A DNA stretch of 56,347 bases, filler included, from Stramenopiles sp. TOSAG23-3 (GCA_900128585.1; 4 parts of 4 records of this genome joined end to end with filler, not necessarily neighbours in it); one strand, 5' to 3'; shown: positions 39,462 to 50,763, numbered from the whole stretch's first letter. Notes: generated by a model not told the origin, from the letters alone. Made by a program: numbers and translations.

Positions 39462-41027
39462 ATGGTTTCGTACTCTGGTGGCGAAAAGATGCTGACGGAC
39501 GCCCTGTCGCGTTGTTCTCACTTTTACATCGACGGTAAATGGGTGGAACCGTCGAAGAAAGACTTTGAAACATTTGAGAAGAAAATTCCGACTACGGGGG
39601 AAACAGTTGCAAAAGTTGCCCAGGCCTCGAAGGAGGACGTCGATTTGGCCGTTGCCGCGGCGCGAAAGTGCTTGAACAGCGACGGGTGGGGGTACAAGTC
39701 GACGGGGGCGCAGCGTGCGGCGATTCTCAGAAAACTGGGGAAAATCCTGAAAGATCGGTCGAACCAGCTCGCGAAGGTCGACTGCTACGACAACGGCAAG
39801 CCCATGCGGGAGGCGCTGGCCGACATGGGGGACGCGGTGAGCCAGTGCGAGCATTTCGCGGACCTTGCAGAGAAGCAGGACAAGGAGCAGGACGAGTCCA
39901 TAGACGTGGGGGACGCTGACTTCAAAGTCGTCATTCGGCAAGAGCCCATAGGCGTCGTCGGCTGCATCACACCGTGGAACTTTCCATTTCTCATGGCAGC
40001 GTGGAAAGTTATCCCTGCCATTGCTGCCGGCTGCACCATCGTCCTCAAACCGTCCGAACTGGCCCCGTTGAGCTGCTTGCTCCTGGCCGACATGACGCAG
40101 GAAGCCGGGTTGCCCGCCGGGGCGTTCAACGTCGTCAACGGGCTTGGGTACGTCACCGGCGCCGCGATAACAAACCACCCAGGGATAGACAAGGTCTCTT
40201 TCACGGGGTCGCGAGTGACCGCCCAAAAGGTCATGGCGGCCGCAGCGGCCGGGCCGAGAGGGGTCAGCCTCGAGCTCGGCGGGAAGTCGCCCTTGATCGT
40301 GTTTGAAGATTGTGCAGAGCCGAAAATGTTCGACGCCATCGTCGACTGGGTGCTGACGGGAGTCCTGTGGGGCTCTGGCCAGGTTTGCTCCAGCACGAGC
40401 CGTGTGCTGGTGCACGAGTCTCTGAAGGACAAGCTTATCAAGGAGGTCTGCGCGCGGACGAAAAAGGTCCCCATAGGGGACACCCAGAGTGAGGAGTCCT
40501 TCGGCGAGAACCCCTGGATGGGCCCGGTCATCAACGAGACCCAGTACACCAAGATATGGAACTACATCGACGAGGCGAAAGCGAACGGGTATAACGTCGC
40601 CTGTGGCGGGGACCGGGCCCTGGTATCCCACCTGGGAAAGGGCTACTACATCCCTGGGACCGTCATTGTGGACCCCCCGACCGACTCCAGGGTATGGCAG
40701 GAAGAAATATTTGGCCCGGTCCTTTGCATTCGGTCTTTTGCCACGGAGGAAGAGGCCGTCACGCTCGCAAACGACACCATCTACGGCCTTGCGAGCGCAG
40801 TGTTCTCCACGGACCTGGAACGGTGCTCTCGCGTGTCGAAAGCGCTGCGAAGCGGAATCGTCTGGATCAACAACTGCCAGCCCGCGTTCATCCAAGCCCC
40901 GTGGGGCGGGGTGAAGGGAAGCGGCTTTGGCCGCGAGCTTGGGCGTTGGGGGTTGGAGGAGTTTACAGCCGTGAAACAGATCACCTCCGTTACCAACCCA
41001 GGGTACAAGTGGGACCTGTGGGGGTAA
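39462..41027 (+). CDS. BADH: Betaine/aminoaldehyde dehydrogenase (ALDH10 family)
   Basis: ITPWNFP, KPSELAP, FTGS, LELGGKSP, GQVCSSTSR, EEIFGPV and QAPWGGVKGSGFGRELG as in ALDH10 enzymes. Confidence 0.9.
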   Translation: MVSYSGGEKMLTDALSRCSHFYIDGKWVEPSKKDFETFEKKIPTTGETVAKVAQASKEDVDLAVAAARKCLNSDGWGYKSTGAQRAAILRKLGKILKDRSNQLAKVDCYDNGKPMREALADMGDAVSQCEHFADLAEKQDKEQDESIDVGDADFKVVIRQEPIGVVGCITPWNFPFLMAAWKVIPAIAAGCTIVLKPSELAPLSCLLLADMTQEAGLPAGAFNVVNGLGYVTGAAITNHPGIDKVSFTGSRVTAQKVMAAAAAGPRGVSLELGGKSPLIVFEDCAEPKMFDAIVDWVLTGVLWGSGQVCSSTSRVLVHESLKDKLIKEVCARTKKVPIGDTQSEESFGENPWMGPVINETQYTKIWNYIDEAKANGYNVACGGDRALVSHLGKGYYIPGTVIVDPPTDSRVWQEEIFGPVLCIRSFATEEEAVTLANDTIYGLASAVFSTDLERCSRVSKALRSGIVWINNCQPAFIQAPWGGVKGSGFGRELGRWGLEEFTAVKQITSVTNPGYKWDLWG

Positions 41028-41109
41028 CAAGGCACGGCACACACACGCCGTACAATTTAGAAAAAAATCTAAAAATTCGTTTTAAAATTATTATGATCGA
41101 AAAATATCA

Positions 41110-41147
41110 TTATTTAAGTAGTAATATTAAAATGAATGTACTGCGAA
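41110..41147. repeat. Partial copy of the dispersed gene-3'-end repeat family
   Basis: TTATTTAAGTAGTAATATTAAAATGAATGTACTGCGAA matches the inner half of the consensus. Confidence 0.6.
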
Positions 41148-41246
41148 GTGTGATTATCATAGTGATACGATAAATGAAAAAAAAACTCTCTACACACAAC
41201 ACAAAATGAGAGAGTAATTTTTGTCAACGTAAACTTTTTTCTGTGG

Positions 41247-42335
41247 TTACAAACCCTTCCAGAATGCCAGCACCCCGGCCTCTCCTGGCGCAGCACCTTC
41301 CCCGAAAACAAAATAACTGACAAAGATGCAATTGTCTTCTGCTCCTTCGCCGGGGCAAGGCAGCAAATGCCAGCTTGGGTTCCCTATTGCCGTGCTTCCC
41401 CCATGTGTGGTAACATTCAGCATTTCCACGTGGCTTCCTGGCGCCCCTGTCGGCACGTCCCCTTCACTGGGGGCAAAAAAATACAACCATATCCTCCAAT
41501 CCGCCCAAATCGTGGGTGGCATACTCCCAATGTTGGCTTCTTGGGCATTGATATGGACCCCGTGGACAGTGCCCGGTGCGCGCTGACCGATGTTCCCAAT
41601 GGCGCCTTTCGCAATGAAGAGCTCGTCGTAAGCGTCTGCACGGTGTTGCCCAGTCAGCTTGGGGCGGATCGTTGTGGGCCCGAACTGTTCGAGGCGCCCG
41701 ATTGCGACGGTATCTTTTCCCTTCTCGTCATTGAAGTGAAACCCAATGTCCGCGTTCACGACGTAAAGTCCCTGTTTATTAGCGCGCTCCGCCCCATAAA
41801 CCGACGGGGTCCCTTCCAGGCGGGAGTACGAACCCACGCTCAGCGGTGCAACGAACGAGTTGAAGTGGTTGCCCATCAAAAGCTCCGATTCATTGTAGAA
41901 CAATTTGAACCCAAGCCGCGATGGCAGCTGGCTGTTTGGGTTCATCCACTGTTCGTGCGTGAGCAGGAGCCACCCATCTTTGTCTTCCCCATCGACCCGT
42001 TTTAGAAACGGCATGTCTCCATTTTCTACAATTGTTCGGCGAAATGTCCATGTCATGAGATCTTTGGACGATGCAAGGCGGACGTTGAACTGCTTGCCCA
42101 CCATCGTGTGGTACAGCCCAAGGTACTTGTCACCGCCCCACAAGGCAGTGTCGCCCCGAATGGCATCAACATGGATGCAGGACATTTGCAGCCCCGCAGA
42201 GTCTTTGAGGTCATACCGGTAATCTTTGGCCGACAGGACGTTTGAGAAGAGCGGTACAACGGAGTTGGCCGGGTTTGAAGCCGAAGCGATGGTAACGGCC
42301 ACGGCCAACAAGAGCAAAGGAAACCTGCAGGACAT
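41247..42335 (-). CDS. Secreted protein of unknown function, probable beta-propeller
   Basis: Signal peptide; Asp-box-like LASSKDLMTW; EGTPS, THGGSTAIGNP and EGAAPGEAG blocks. Confidence 0.65.
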   Translation of the reverse strand: MSCRFPLLLLAVAVTIASASNPANSVVPLFSNVLSAKDYRYDLKDSAGLQMSCIHVDAIRGDTALWGGDKYLGLYHTMVGKQFNVRLASSKDLMTWTFRRTIVENGDMPFLKRVDGEDKDGWLLLTHEQWMNPNSQLPSRLGFKLFYNESELLMGNHFNSFVAPLSVGSYSRLEGTPSVYGAERANKQGLYVVNADIGFHFNDEKGKDTVAIGRLEQFGPTTIRPKLTGQHRADAYDELFIAKGAIGNIGQRAPGTVHGVHINAQEANIGSMPPTIWADWRIWLYFFAPSEGDVPTGAPGSHVEMLNVTTHGGSTAIGNPSWHLLPCPGEGAEDNCIFVSYFVFGEGAAPGEAGVLAFWKGL

Positions 42336-43188
42336 TGTTCACGTTTGGATGGCAAAATGTAAATTATTTATACACACAACTTGATAGTTATAATCATTGC
42401 CGCTTCCTATGTCTGCTTTTCTTTTCTTTTCCTTTTTCATAATCAATATAAACTCTGATTGAAATTTGTTTTTGAGGAAGAAAAGAAAGAACGAAAAAAA
42501 GAACGAAAATCTTTTTATATAAGAACAAATAATAAGTACAGTATTAATAGGATAATAAAATAAATTAGAATATAAAATGAGCACATCATCATCAAATCAT
42601 ACAGAAAAGGAAAATCCTAAGCAAAGAAAGAAAAAAGGAGAAAAAAATAATTATTTAGGAATATTTAGAATAATATTAAATATTCTGTGTTTTGTAAAAT
42701 TATGAAAAGGATTTTTATTAATAGTAATACTATGTATAATATTATTTTTGTATTTGATCAAGGGATACATTTAGTTATAACTACGAAATAGATAGGAAGA
42801 ATAATATTTAAAAAGAATTCATTTATTATGTATAAATGATCTTATATAGCTATTTATTTACTATGAAGACAATCATTGAAAATAATAAAAAATGTAACCT
42901 TAATATTTTATATAGAAATGAATTCAATATAAAAAAATTATTAAAAAAAAAAAATGTTCTTCGAAGGGAAGAATAGAAGATAAATAATTGAAAACAAACA
43001 AAAAATATATCATCGCCACTCGGCCCTCGGCCCTCGCCCCCCCCCCCCTCTTGGCATATATATTATTTATATGGATGGAAAGAGAAAGCGTACACAGTAG
43101 TGATCGAATCTACGCAAGAGAAAGAAAGTGTCAAAACTCAAGGTATTCATTAGATTACAAACTGAAGAAAGCGTTGCAGTCAACTACG

Positions 43189-44721
43189 ATGCCAGTGACC
43201 AGGAAGCGGAAGCTGAAGGAACAGGACCAGTTCGATGGGCTGTCCGAGTACGAAATAATGCGACTAAAGAACATAGCGGAAAACAAACGGGTGATGGCCA
43301 GCATGGGGCTTGATACGGTAAAAAGTGAAATGAAATCCATCGCCACGCGGGCTAGGGTTGCGAAAGTCCGTACGTTGGGGGTCAAAAAAGTGAAGCGGGA
43401 AAGGAAGAAACGGGCGCCCCGCCCACCTCCGCGGCGGTCCCTGCGCGTTCAGGGCAAAGACGCGGACGGGAAGTCCCTCCCGGACAACTTCAGAGAGCCC
43501 AGCCAAAACGGTGGCCACGGAGGCCAGTTCAGCACGGCAAGCGAGGAGCAGGAGCTGAGCATTCAGGGCAACGTGGAAGTGGACGAAGACGGCCAGGTCT
43601 TCTTGGCGTCCCTAAAGAAGCAGCTCCAGCAGTTGGGCAAAGGGACACCGAAGAAGCGGGTTGGCAATCTTGTCGCGGGCGACGGGCCGGCCCCGATCAA
43701 CCAAGACTTGCTTAAGTACGCCGAACGGCTGGCAAGACTGGAGGTCGACCCGGAAAAAAGCGTGCGAAAGATCACGAAAGATCGAATATATTCCCTCGCG
43801 CTCTCCCCGGACAAGTCCAACGTGGTCGTTGCCGCAGGGGACAAGTTCGGCCGCTTCGGTCTGTGGGCCGTCGATAGTTCGAATGACGTTGGCTCCGACG
43901 GCGTGTTCTCCGCCCGGCCGCACTCCGCCACGCTCTCGGACATCCAATTCAACCGCACGGAGCCCAACAAGGTATTCACGTCCTCTTACGACGGTAGAGT
44001 GATGATGATCGACACCCACACCACGAGCGGCTTTCAGGAAATTTACAACAACGGTGGCGACGCGGGGTACTTCGAAATGGCGTTCATGGACAACGGGAAG
44101 GGAATGTACCTTGCCCGGGACGATGGCGGCCTATCCCAGCTCGACTTGCGCTCTGGGACGGTGGTAAACGACTGGCAGCTGCACGAGAAGAAGATCAACA
44201 CGGTGAACTTGCGACCTGGAAAAGAGCACTACATCTCAACGGCGAGCTTGGACCGAAGCTGCGGTGTCTTTGACAGCCGGAACATGAAGCAAGCGCTGCA
44301 CGTCTTGCCGCACGCCCTTTCCCTGAACCAGAGCACGTGGAGCCCCGACGGCGCCGTCATGACGACGCTGTGCATGGACAACAAAATACGGTGCTACGAC
44401 GCAGATGACCTGTGCAACAACCCAGCCAAACCAGACCATTTCCCACGCAAGCAGACCAACGTTTGCCACCACGACAACCGCACGGGGCGGTGGCTGACGA
44501 AATTCAAGGTTCACTGGGACCCAAAACAGCCGAACGCGTTTGTGATTGGGTCGATGGATCAGCCCCGCTGCATCGAGGTGTTCAACAAATCCTGCACCCG
44601 CGTCATGCGAATGCGGGAGGACGAAGTGGTGAAAAGCGTGCAAAGTTTGAGCAAGTTCCACGACACTCGTGATGTAATAGTAAGCGCAAACGCAAGCGGA
44701 AAGGTGCACGTGTGGAGGTAG
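43189..44721 (+). CDS. WDR76: WD40 protein WDR76/Cmr1 (DDB2-related)
   Basis: LSEYEIMRLKNIAENK N-terminal motif; RIYSLA, AGDKFG, SSYDG, LHEKKINTV, TASLD and HDNRTGRWLTKFK. Confidence 0.88.
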   Translation: MPVTRKRKLKEQDQFDGLSEYEIMRLKNIAENKRVMASMGLDTVKSEMKSIATRARVAKVRTLGVKKVKRERKKRAPRPPPRRSLRVQGKDADGKSLPDNFREPSQNGGHGGQFSTASEEQELSIQGNVEVDEDGQVFLASLKKQLQQLGKGTPKKRVGNLVAGDGPAPINQDLLKYAERLARLEVDPEKSVRKITKDRIYSLALSPDKSNVVVAAGDKFGRFGLWAVDSSNDVGSDGVFSARPHSATLSDIQFNRTEPNKVFTSSYDGRVMMIDTHTTSGFQEIYNNGGDAGYFEMAFMDNGKGMYLARDDGGLSQLDLRSGTVVNDWQLHEKKINTVNLRPGKEHYISTASLDRSCGVFDSRNMKQALHVLPHALSLNQSTWSPDGAVMTTLCMDNKIRCYDADDLCNNPAKPDHFPRKQTNVCHHDNRTGRWLTKFKVHWDPKQPNAFVIGSMDQPRCIEVFNKSCTRVMRMREDEVVKSVQSLSKFHDTRDVIVSANASGKVHVWR

Positions 44722-44913
44722 GCGATCAGAATATTTTGGAGGAGTGAAATGTTAAATTTTACGTAAGTGCTTACTTTAACAATTATCATGTAGAGAGAAG
44801 TAAAAACAATACTTCAATAAATTACAGAGCGCCATAATTTTGTTTTTATCATATGATAAATGATATGATTGATATATGATAGTAAAAACAATATTAATGG
44901 CTGTTATTTTTAT

Positions 44914-46692
44914 TTAAATCACGTCGCAGTTCTGCCTTAACAGTTCTGTGTGGCAGATCTTCCCAAGAGGCACGTACTTGTACCGAACGAATCTCTCCAA
45001 GTTGTCTACGTGCGGATTCGACACTTCGATTTTTCGCCGAGCAGACAGCTTTTTTCCAATCATCTTGAACATTGCAGGAAGTTTGTTCAACGGCTCCGAT
45101 AATTTCGGGGAGGGGGCAATCTTCAACCCCTCGTACACGATGGAGTTCGCGTTGTACGTGTCGTCCCCCTTCAGGTAGTCGTCCCATACAAACCTGTGGT
45201 GAAACCCCTGTATGGACGTACTAATTTTATTAAACATGGTATCTAGACTTGCCTTCAAGCTCATCCTGCCCAGCGCGTCTCCCCCCGTTGATTTGGTTGG
45301 TCCTTTGGCCATAACGGACGGGGTCGGCCCGGTTTTCCCGGTGGTGAAGGCGTAAAGCACTTCGCGGATCGAGGCCTTGACCGCGCGCACGGCCATCGCC
45401 CGATTTTTCCTGTTCTTCTCGTCGAAATACATCGAGTCCCCCAGTGCAAACCATTTGTCCCCAAGCTCATTGACCACGAACATTCCGTTCTTGTTGTCCT
45501 GGTCGTGGCTGCACTTGGACAAGAGCGCGCCCGTGGTCTTGTCGCAGTGGTTGTGCAGGGCGACGCGCGGGGTCCGAAGGTGGCCTGGGGCGAACATGTC
45601 GGTCAGAAAGTGGCACGCCATCCCGTCCAGGGCCAAGGCGTCCATGAACGACACCCTGGCCGCCGCAACCATGCCCTTCAGCTGCATGTCGGTAGTGGTG
45701 TCCAATTCTGTCAGCTTCGGCCTCAACACATGGGACATTTTTTTGATTTCGCTCTTTCTCTTCGACGCGGCAAGGAGCTGCTTCCTGGCCTGGAGCGCGG
45801 CGGCAATGGCCAGCTGGTGGCCGGCTTTGTACGCCAGCCGGGAATGCGGCAAAAAGTGGTCAAAGTTGACCTTCGCCAAGGCCAAGTACCGGGCGTCCTT
45901 GTCGAAGAGGTCGTCCAGCCGCTGAAGGTGCCCCTTGATCGCGCTGTACCCGGCCTTGCTCTTCTCGACGGTGTACGCGTGGAGGTCGGACATCTTCGAT
46001 TTGACCTTCTCCCACATGCTCTTCGCCTTCTCCTGGATCGTCTCGGGAGTCTCTTTCGGCTCCGGGGCCCCCGCCTTTTCCTCGCTCACCCGCTTCATCT
46101 TGTTTTTCATGCCCGTATCGCTCCTTGTGATGTGGGCGAACGCCATTTCGTGGCGCAGGCCCAGCCGCTTCGACCCCCACGCTTTCGAGGGCACCTTCCC
46201 CATCCGCTTGAACTTTTCTATTTGTATTTCCTCTTGCTTGATAAGCTGCAAAATCAACGGGGTTTCCTTGCTCCCAGTTGAGGACCGGGAGAACATCCCG
46301 TACGCCTCCCAGAAGCGCAACAACCGCTCGGGCTCCGCCGGGGACTGGGATATTGGCTTGGACGGTACCCCGAAAAAGTCACCGGCCAACGCGACGACGT
46401 CCCCAAAGGATACCCTGACGCCCCAGTCATAGTTCTTGCCAAGCCTGAGCACTCGTCGCTTCTCCTGCCTGGACGAAAGGCCTTTCCCTGCGTGGAAAAA
46501 GTGGTCCAGGATAAACTCGCTATTGGAGACCTTCCTGAGCGCCTCCCGTATTTCGGGGTAGACGCTGTCCCACGCCTGGTCCCCGGCACTCTGGTGTTCC
46601 ACACCGTTGAATCCTGCGCTCTGCGCTGGCCCGACGGAGTATACCAAGAGTACGGCCAGGGCCGTGCCTATCACTAACGTTTTCCCACCCAT
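44914..46692 (-). CDS. Secreted zinc metallo-phospholipase C, Legionella PlcA/PlcB-like
   Basis: Signal peptide; GDVVALAGDFFG, YLALAKVNFDHF, ACHFLTDMFAPGHLRTPR, HDQDNKNG and GDKWFALGD motifs. Confidence 0.75.
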   Translation of the reverse strand: MGGKTLVIGTALAVLLVYSVGPAQSAGFNGVEHQSAGDQAWDSVYPEIREALRKVSNSEFILDHFFHAGKGLSSRQEKRRVLRLGKNYDWGVRVSFGDVVALAGDFFGVPSKPISQSPAEPERLLRFWEAYGMFSRSSTGSKETPLILQLIKQEEIQIEKFKRMGKVPSKAWGSKRLGLRHEMAFAHITRSDTGMKNKMKRVSEEKAGAPEPKETPETIQEKAKSMWEKVKSKMSDLHAYTVEKSKAGYSAIKGHLQRLDDLFDKDARYLALAKVNFDHFLPHSRLAYKAGHQLAIAAALQARKQLLAASKRKSEIKKMSHVLRPKLTELDTTTDMQLKGMVAAARVSFMDALALDGMACHFLTDMFAPGHLRTPRVALHNHCDKTTGALLSKCSHDQDNKNGMFVVNELGDKWFALGDSMYFDEKNRKNRAMAVRAVKASIREVLYAFTTGKTGPTPSVMAKGPTKSTGGDALGRMSLKASLDTMFNKISTSIQGFHHRFVWDDYLKGDDTYNANSIVYEGLKIAPSPKLSEPLNKLPAMFKMIGKKLSARRKIEVSNPHVDNLERFVRYKYVPLGKICHTELLRQNCDVI

Positions 46693-47555
46693 TCCCCTGC
46701 CTCCACTCCTAGTTTTCCTACCTTGTTTGCAACCGAAGAAACACTTCACAGTGCAGCGACAAACTCAAAAGGGAAGACTGTATTTAGCGTGATCAATTAA
46801 ATAAAATCTTTCTCATTCATTTTATTACTTCCTGCCTACGAAACACCGTTTGATTCTATCTTTCTGCCTTTCTTTCATTCCCTCACCTCAATCAATCCCT
46901 CCTTGAACTTGCTTGGAAGTTATTAATGTGCAATGCAGAAGATAAAATGTATAACTTTGTTTCCCTTCTTTCTTCTTTTTTTAAAAAAGTACTATTATAC
47001 TATTTAATATATTAATATATTATATCTTTGGATTATTATAGTATATAAATGATTATTTAATTCTCTTTCTCCTGCCTTACCCTCCCTCTTTTTTCCAGAA
47101 AAAAAAACAAACCAAATGGCTTCCTTCATTTTAATCATAGGACATTCTATTTGTAAAGAATACGAAATATCAATTAATAAGTACGAATACCAAATGGAAG
47201 AAAGAAAAAGTGAAAAAAAATGAAAATAAATGGAAGAAAGAAAATATGTATGGTATGTCTATATTATGAATACAACAATATAGGTATAGCATTGGATATT
47301 CATAGAAGAAATTATTATTATTATTGTTTTATTGGGTTATCCAAATTGTTGGTTTTGGGTACACCGGTATCTTTTTTTAGTTCCATTATCAATTTATTTC
47401 AAGACGAGGGTATTTTTATTGAGACGGGCATTCTTCACGCTTTTCCTCCCCCCCCCTTTTATTATACGCAACTCAAATGCCCACGGGCACAATGGCATGG
47501 TTCTCTCCCATGGCTACGCGTCGTGTTGTTGGTGTTGTTCTTCCTCCACGACGCC

Positions 47556-49004
47556 CTAGGCCTTTTCCGCAGGCTCCAGCTCCCCACAGTCTTCGATGAT
47601 GACGTCCTCTGCAGGCTTGTCCCCGCTACCTCGCTTGCAGTTCTCCATCTTGTCCACGACGTCGTACCCTTTGACGACCTTTCCGAAGACCACGTGCTTT
47701 CCATCCAAGTGCGGGGTCTCGGTCGTCGTGATAAAAAATTGACTCCCGTTCGTGTTCGGGCCAGAGTTTGCCATGGAGAGCAGCCCCTTCGTGTCGTGCG
47801 TGAGCGTGAAGTTTTCGTCCGCGAACTTTTCCCCGTAAATGCTCTCGCCCCCCGTGCCGTTCCCGTTCGTAAAGTCGCCGCCCTGACACATGAAGTTCGA
47901 GATGATGCGGTGGAAGGTGGACCCCTTGTAGTGGAGCGGTTTGCCCTTCTTTCCCATCCCCGCCTCGCCCGTGCACAGCTGGCGAAAGTTCTCCGCGGTC
48001 TTCGGGACGACGTTCGGGTACAGCTCCATCTCGATCCGCCCAAGGGCCTCTTCGCCCATCTTCACGTCGAAGAAGACGCGGGGCAGCGGGCCCTCGAATT
48101 TGACCGGCTTCTCCACCTCCTTCTTCTCCGCGTACATGCTCCCCATGGCCTTGAACATGTTCCCGAACGTCGCCTTCTCCTTCTTCTTCGCGTCCGCGGC
48201 GGCCTTCTTTATCGCGTCGTACTCCTTGCGCATCGTCTTGTTCTTCGGCTCCGCCTTGATGGCCGCGACGATGTCCGCTTTCGCCGCCTTGAAGTCGCCG
48301 CTCTTCCGGTACGCGACCGCGCGCCAGTACAGGGCCTTCGAGCTCGCGGCGTTCCCTGCGAGCACGTCCGAGGCGTGCTTGACCGCCTTGGCGGACTCCC
48401 CCGCCTTTACGGCCGAGATCGTCGCGTTAAGACGGAGGGACGTCAGCAGCTCTGCGGCGGTGTCGTCGAGGTTCTCGAGGAAGGACAGGGCCTCCGCGTA
48501 GATCGCGAGGGCGTGCGAGAACTTCTTGTCCGTGAAACGCTCCTTGCCCTCGGCCTTCAGCTTGGTCGCCTCGGCGATCTTCTCCTCGTCGCTCATCTCC
48601 CACTTCTCCTTCTTCTTCGGGCCAAAGCCGAGGAGCTCGACGTCGAAGACAAGGGTGGCGCCGCCCGGAATCTTGGGCGGGGAGCCGTGGTCACCGTACC
48701 CGTAGTCGGAATTTATCGTAAGGACGGCGTGCTCGCCCTTCCGCATGGACGCGAACCCCTGGTCCCACCCCTTGATGACCTGGCCCTGTCCGATCGTGAA
48801 CTTGAACGGGTCCCCTCGGTCCCGGGAGCTGTCGAACTTTGTACCGTCCAACAGGGTGCCCGTGTAGTGGGCAACGACCTCGTCCCCCTTGGAGGGAAAA
48901 TCACCCTCACCCTCCGTGATGACACGTTTCATGATACCGCCATCTTTGGCCTCCGTGACGTCCACTTGTTCCGGGACCGTCTGGTTCTCTGCAACTGCTG
49001 ACAT
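47556..49004 (-). CDS. Dual-family immunophilin: FKBP, TPR and cyclophilin domains (FCBP)
   Basis: [23 protein letters not shown]...VIKGWD; TPR region; cyclophilin [49 protein letters not shown]. Confidence 0.93.
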   Translation of the reverse strand: MSAVAENQTVPEQVDVTEAKDGGIMKRVITEGEGDFPSKGDEVVAHYTGTLLDGTKFDSSRDRGDPFKFTIGQGQVIKGWDQGFASMRKGEHAVLTINSDYGYGDHGSPPKIPGGATLVFDVELLGFGPKKKEKWEMSDEEKIAEATKLKAEGKERFTDKKFSHALAIYAEALSFLENLDDTAAELLTSLRLNATISAVKAGESAKAVKHASDVLAGNAASSKALYWRAVAYRKSGDFKAAKADIVAAIKAEPKNKTMRKEYDAIKKAAADAKKKEKATFGNMFKAMGSMYAEKKEVEKPVKFEGPLPRVFFDVKMGEEALGRIEMELYPNVVPKTAENFRQLCTGEAGMGKKGKPLHYKGSTFHRIISNFMCQGGDFTNGNGTGGESIYGEKFADENFTLTHDTKGLLSMANSGPNTNGSQFFITTTETPHLDGKHVVFGKVVKGYDVVDKMENCKRGSGDKPAEDVIIEDCGELEPAEKA

Positions 49005-49515
49005 GGTGTGTGGTTAAGGTGTAGTTTGCGTAAGTATGCGTTTCTAAAACGTCGTTGTTTTCGTTCAAAACAGATTTCAAAAGTTATACAGATTGTTATT
49101 GTCCATTTTGTCTTTTTTTTCTTGAAGTAAGTACGTATACTTTCTTTCTGAGTGTATTACATCAAATGGAATGTACATACCCTAGATGATTGATCGATTC
49201 AGTTTCAGGTTTTGTTCTTCTCTTCTTCTTCTTGCTTCTTTTTTCTTTTTTTTCTTCTTCTTTTCTTCTCCTTTTCTTCTTTTTTATTGAATTCAGTGGC
49301 TGGCGAAATAAGCAATAATAATTAAGGTTTAAAGTATCATAAAATAAAGTATTTGTTTCTTCAGGGTTTCCGCTATATAGTTTCAGGTAAAATATAATTT
49401 AATCACTTTTCTATTTTAGACTATAAATAATTACAATCCTTAAAGTATGAATTATTTCATCACTCCAGCCCTTTTTTCCCTTCTTTTTCTCTTCTTCGCG
49501 AAACCTTCTTTTTTC

Positions 49516-49825
49516 TTTGTTTGTTTGTTTGTTTGTTTGTTTGTTTGTTTGTTTGTTTGTTTGTTTCTTTCTTTTTCTTCTTCTTCTTCTTCTTTCTTCT
49601 TCTTTCTTCTTCTTCTTCTTTCTTCTTCTTCTTCTTCTTCTTGTTCTTCTTCTTCTTTCTTCTTTCTTTCTTTCTTTCTTTCGACGCTTTCTTTTCTTTC
49701 TTTCTTTCTTTCTTTCTTTTTCTTTCTCTTCTTCTTCTTCTTTCTTCTTCTTCTTTTTCTTTTTCTTTTTCTTTTTCTTCTTCTTCTTCTTCTTCTTCTT
49801 CTTCTTCTTCTTGTTGTTGTTCTTG
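49516..49825. repeat. (TTTG)n then (CTT)n/(TTTC)n microsatellite tract
   Basis: Direct reading; it generates spurious poly-F/L/S ORFs. Confidence 0.9.
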
Positions 49826-50400
49826 TTTAGTCCTTAATATCTATTTGTTAGAATTTACTTATATCCATAATGAAGGTTTATAATGAATTAAATAATAATT
49901 TAGTATTTATGTCAAAAAAGGGAAGATATATATTTTCAGTTCTTTATACTACAGTATGTAATTATATAAGTAATTAAAATAATCCATTTTATATATAATA
50001 CACATATCCTTAAATATTTGATGATGACTTCTTCTTCTTGATGATCAACAACTCAAACACAAAAGTTTTAAAATACATCATCAAATCATCATCATCATCG
50101 ATGATGCAGAGGAGATGAAGAAAGAAGAAGAAGAAGAAGAAAGAAGAAGAAAGAAGAAGAATATAAAAAATAATAAATAAATAATTTTTTTTCTAAAATC
50201 ATCATCTATGTTACTTTTTTAGTAGTAGAAGTATAGTATCTACATAAACATAAGTTTACAAAAGGAAAAAAGAAAGTGTTTTGTTTGAAGGAGATTTGTG
50301 TTCTTGAGGGAGATTGAGAGTGTTTTGTGTAGTGTTGTATCGCATTCTTTCCGTCCGTCTGCCCGTCTGTCTTTCTTTCTTCTGCGATAAATACATATAT

Positions 50401-50763
50401 ATGGCGGATCCAGAAGGTGGTCAGTTAATGGCCGAACCGGACTTGGACAGTGATTTTGACGACGAAGACGAAGACTTTCATGACGTACGGCAACGTTATG
50501 TTGTGCGGGGAAGTAGTCTGAACAGTGGCAAAGCAGGTGTCTTTTATAACGAGTTGAACCCGAGTCATACTCGGAGTGTGTTTTTAGCCATGTGCGGCTT
50601 GTGCATGGTGTTGGTAGTGATATTGTTTTTAATTATTTTTGAGTGGGATTCCATCGTTCATTTTATGAAGATGAAGAATTTGGTGCCACAGCATCACCAC
50701 CGGAATATCTTTAGAAACCAAGTGGCTGGGCGAGCTGCAATTCACCCACGCATTCGTCTGTAA
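50401..50763 (+). CDS. Small single-pass membrane protein
   Basis: ATG 50401; acidic N-terminus; one TM (VFLAMCGLCMVLVVILFLIIF); coding-like GC. Confidence 0.6.
   Translation: MADPEGGQLMAEPDLDSDFDDEDEDFHDVRQRYVVRGSSLNSGKAGVFYNELNPSHTRSVFLAMCGLCMVLVVILFLIIFEWDSIVHFMKMKNLVPQHHHRNIFRNQVAGRAAIHPRIRL

Noticed and set aside
39423-41042. 539-aa antisense ORF over the ALDH gene
   Set aside because: Mirror of a GC3-rich gene; no motifs; expected by-product of codon bias.
47220-49001. 593-aa antisense ORF over the FCBP gene
   Set aside because: Same codon-bias shadow; starts in AT-rich spacer; no recognisable domain.
49447-49883. Poly-Phe/Leu/Ser ORFs (also 4195-4706, 22971-23215, 51388-51810)
   Set aside because: Translations of CTT/GAA microsatellites or the antisense of Lys-rich coding sequence.
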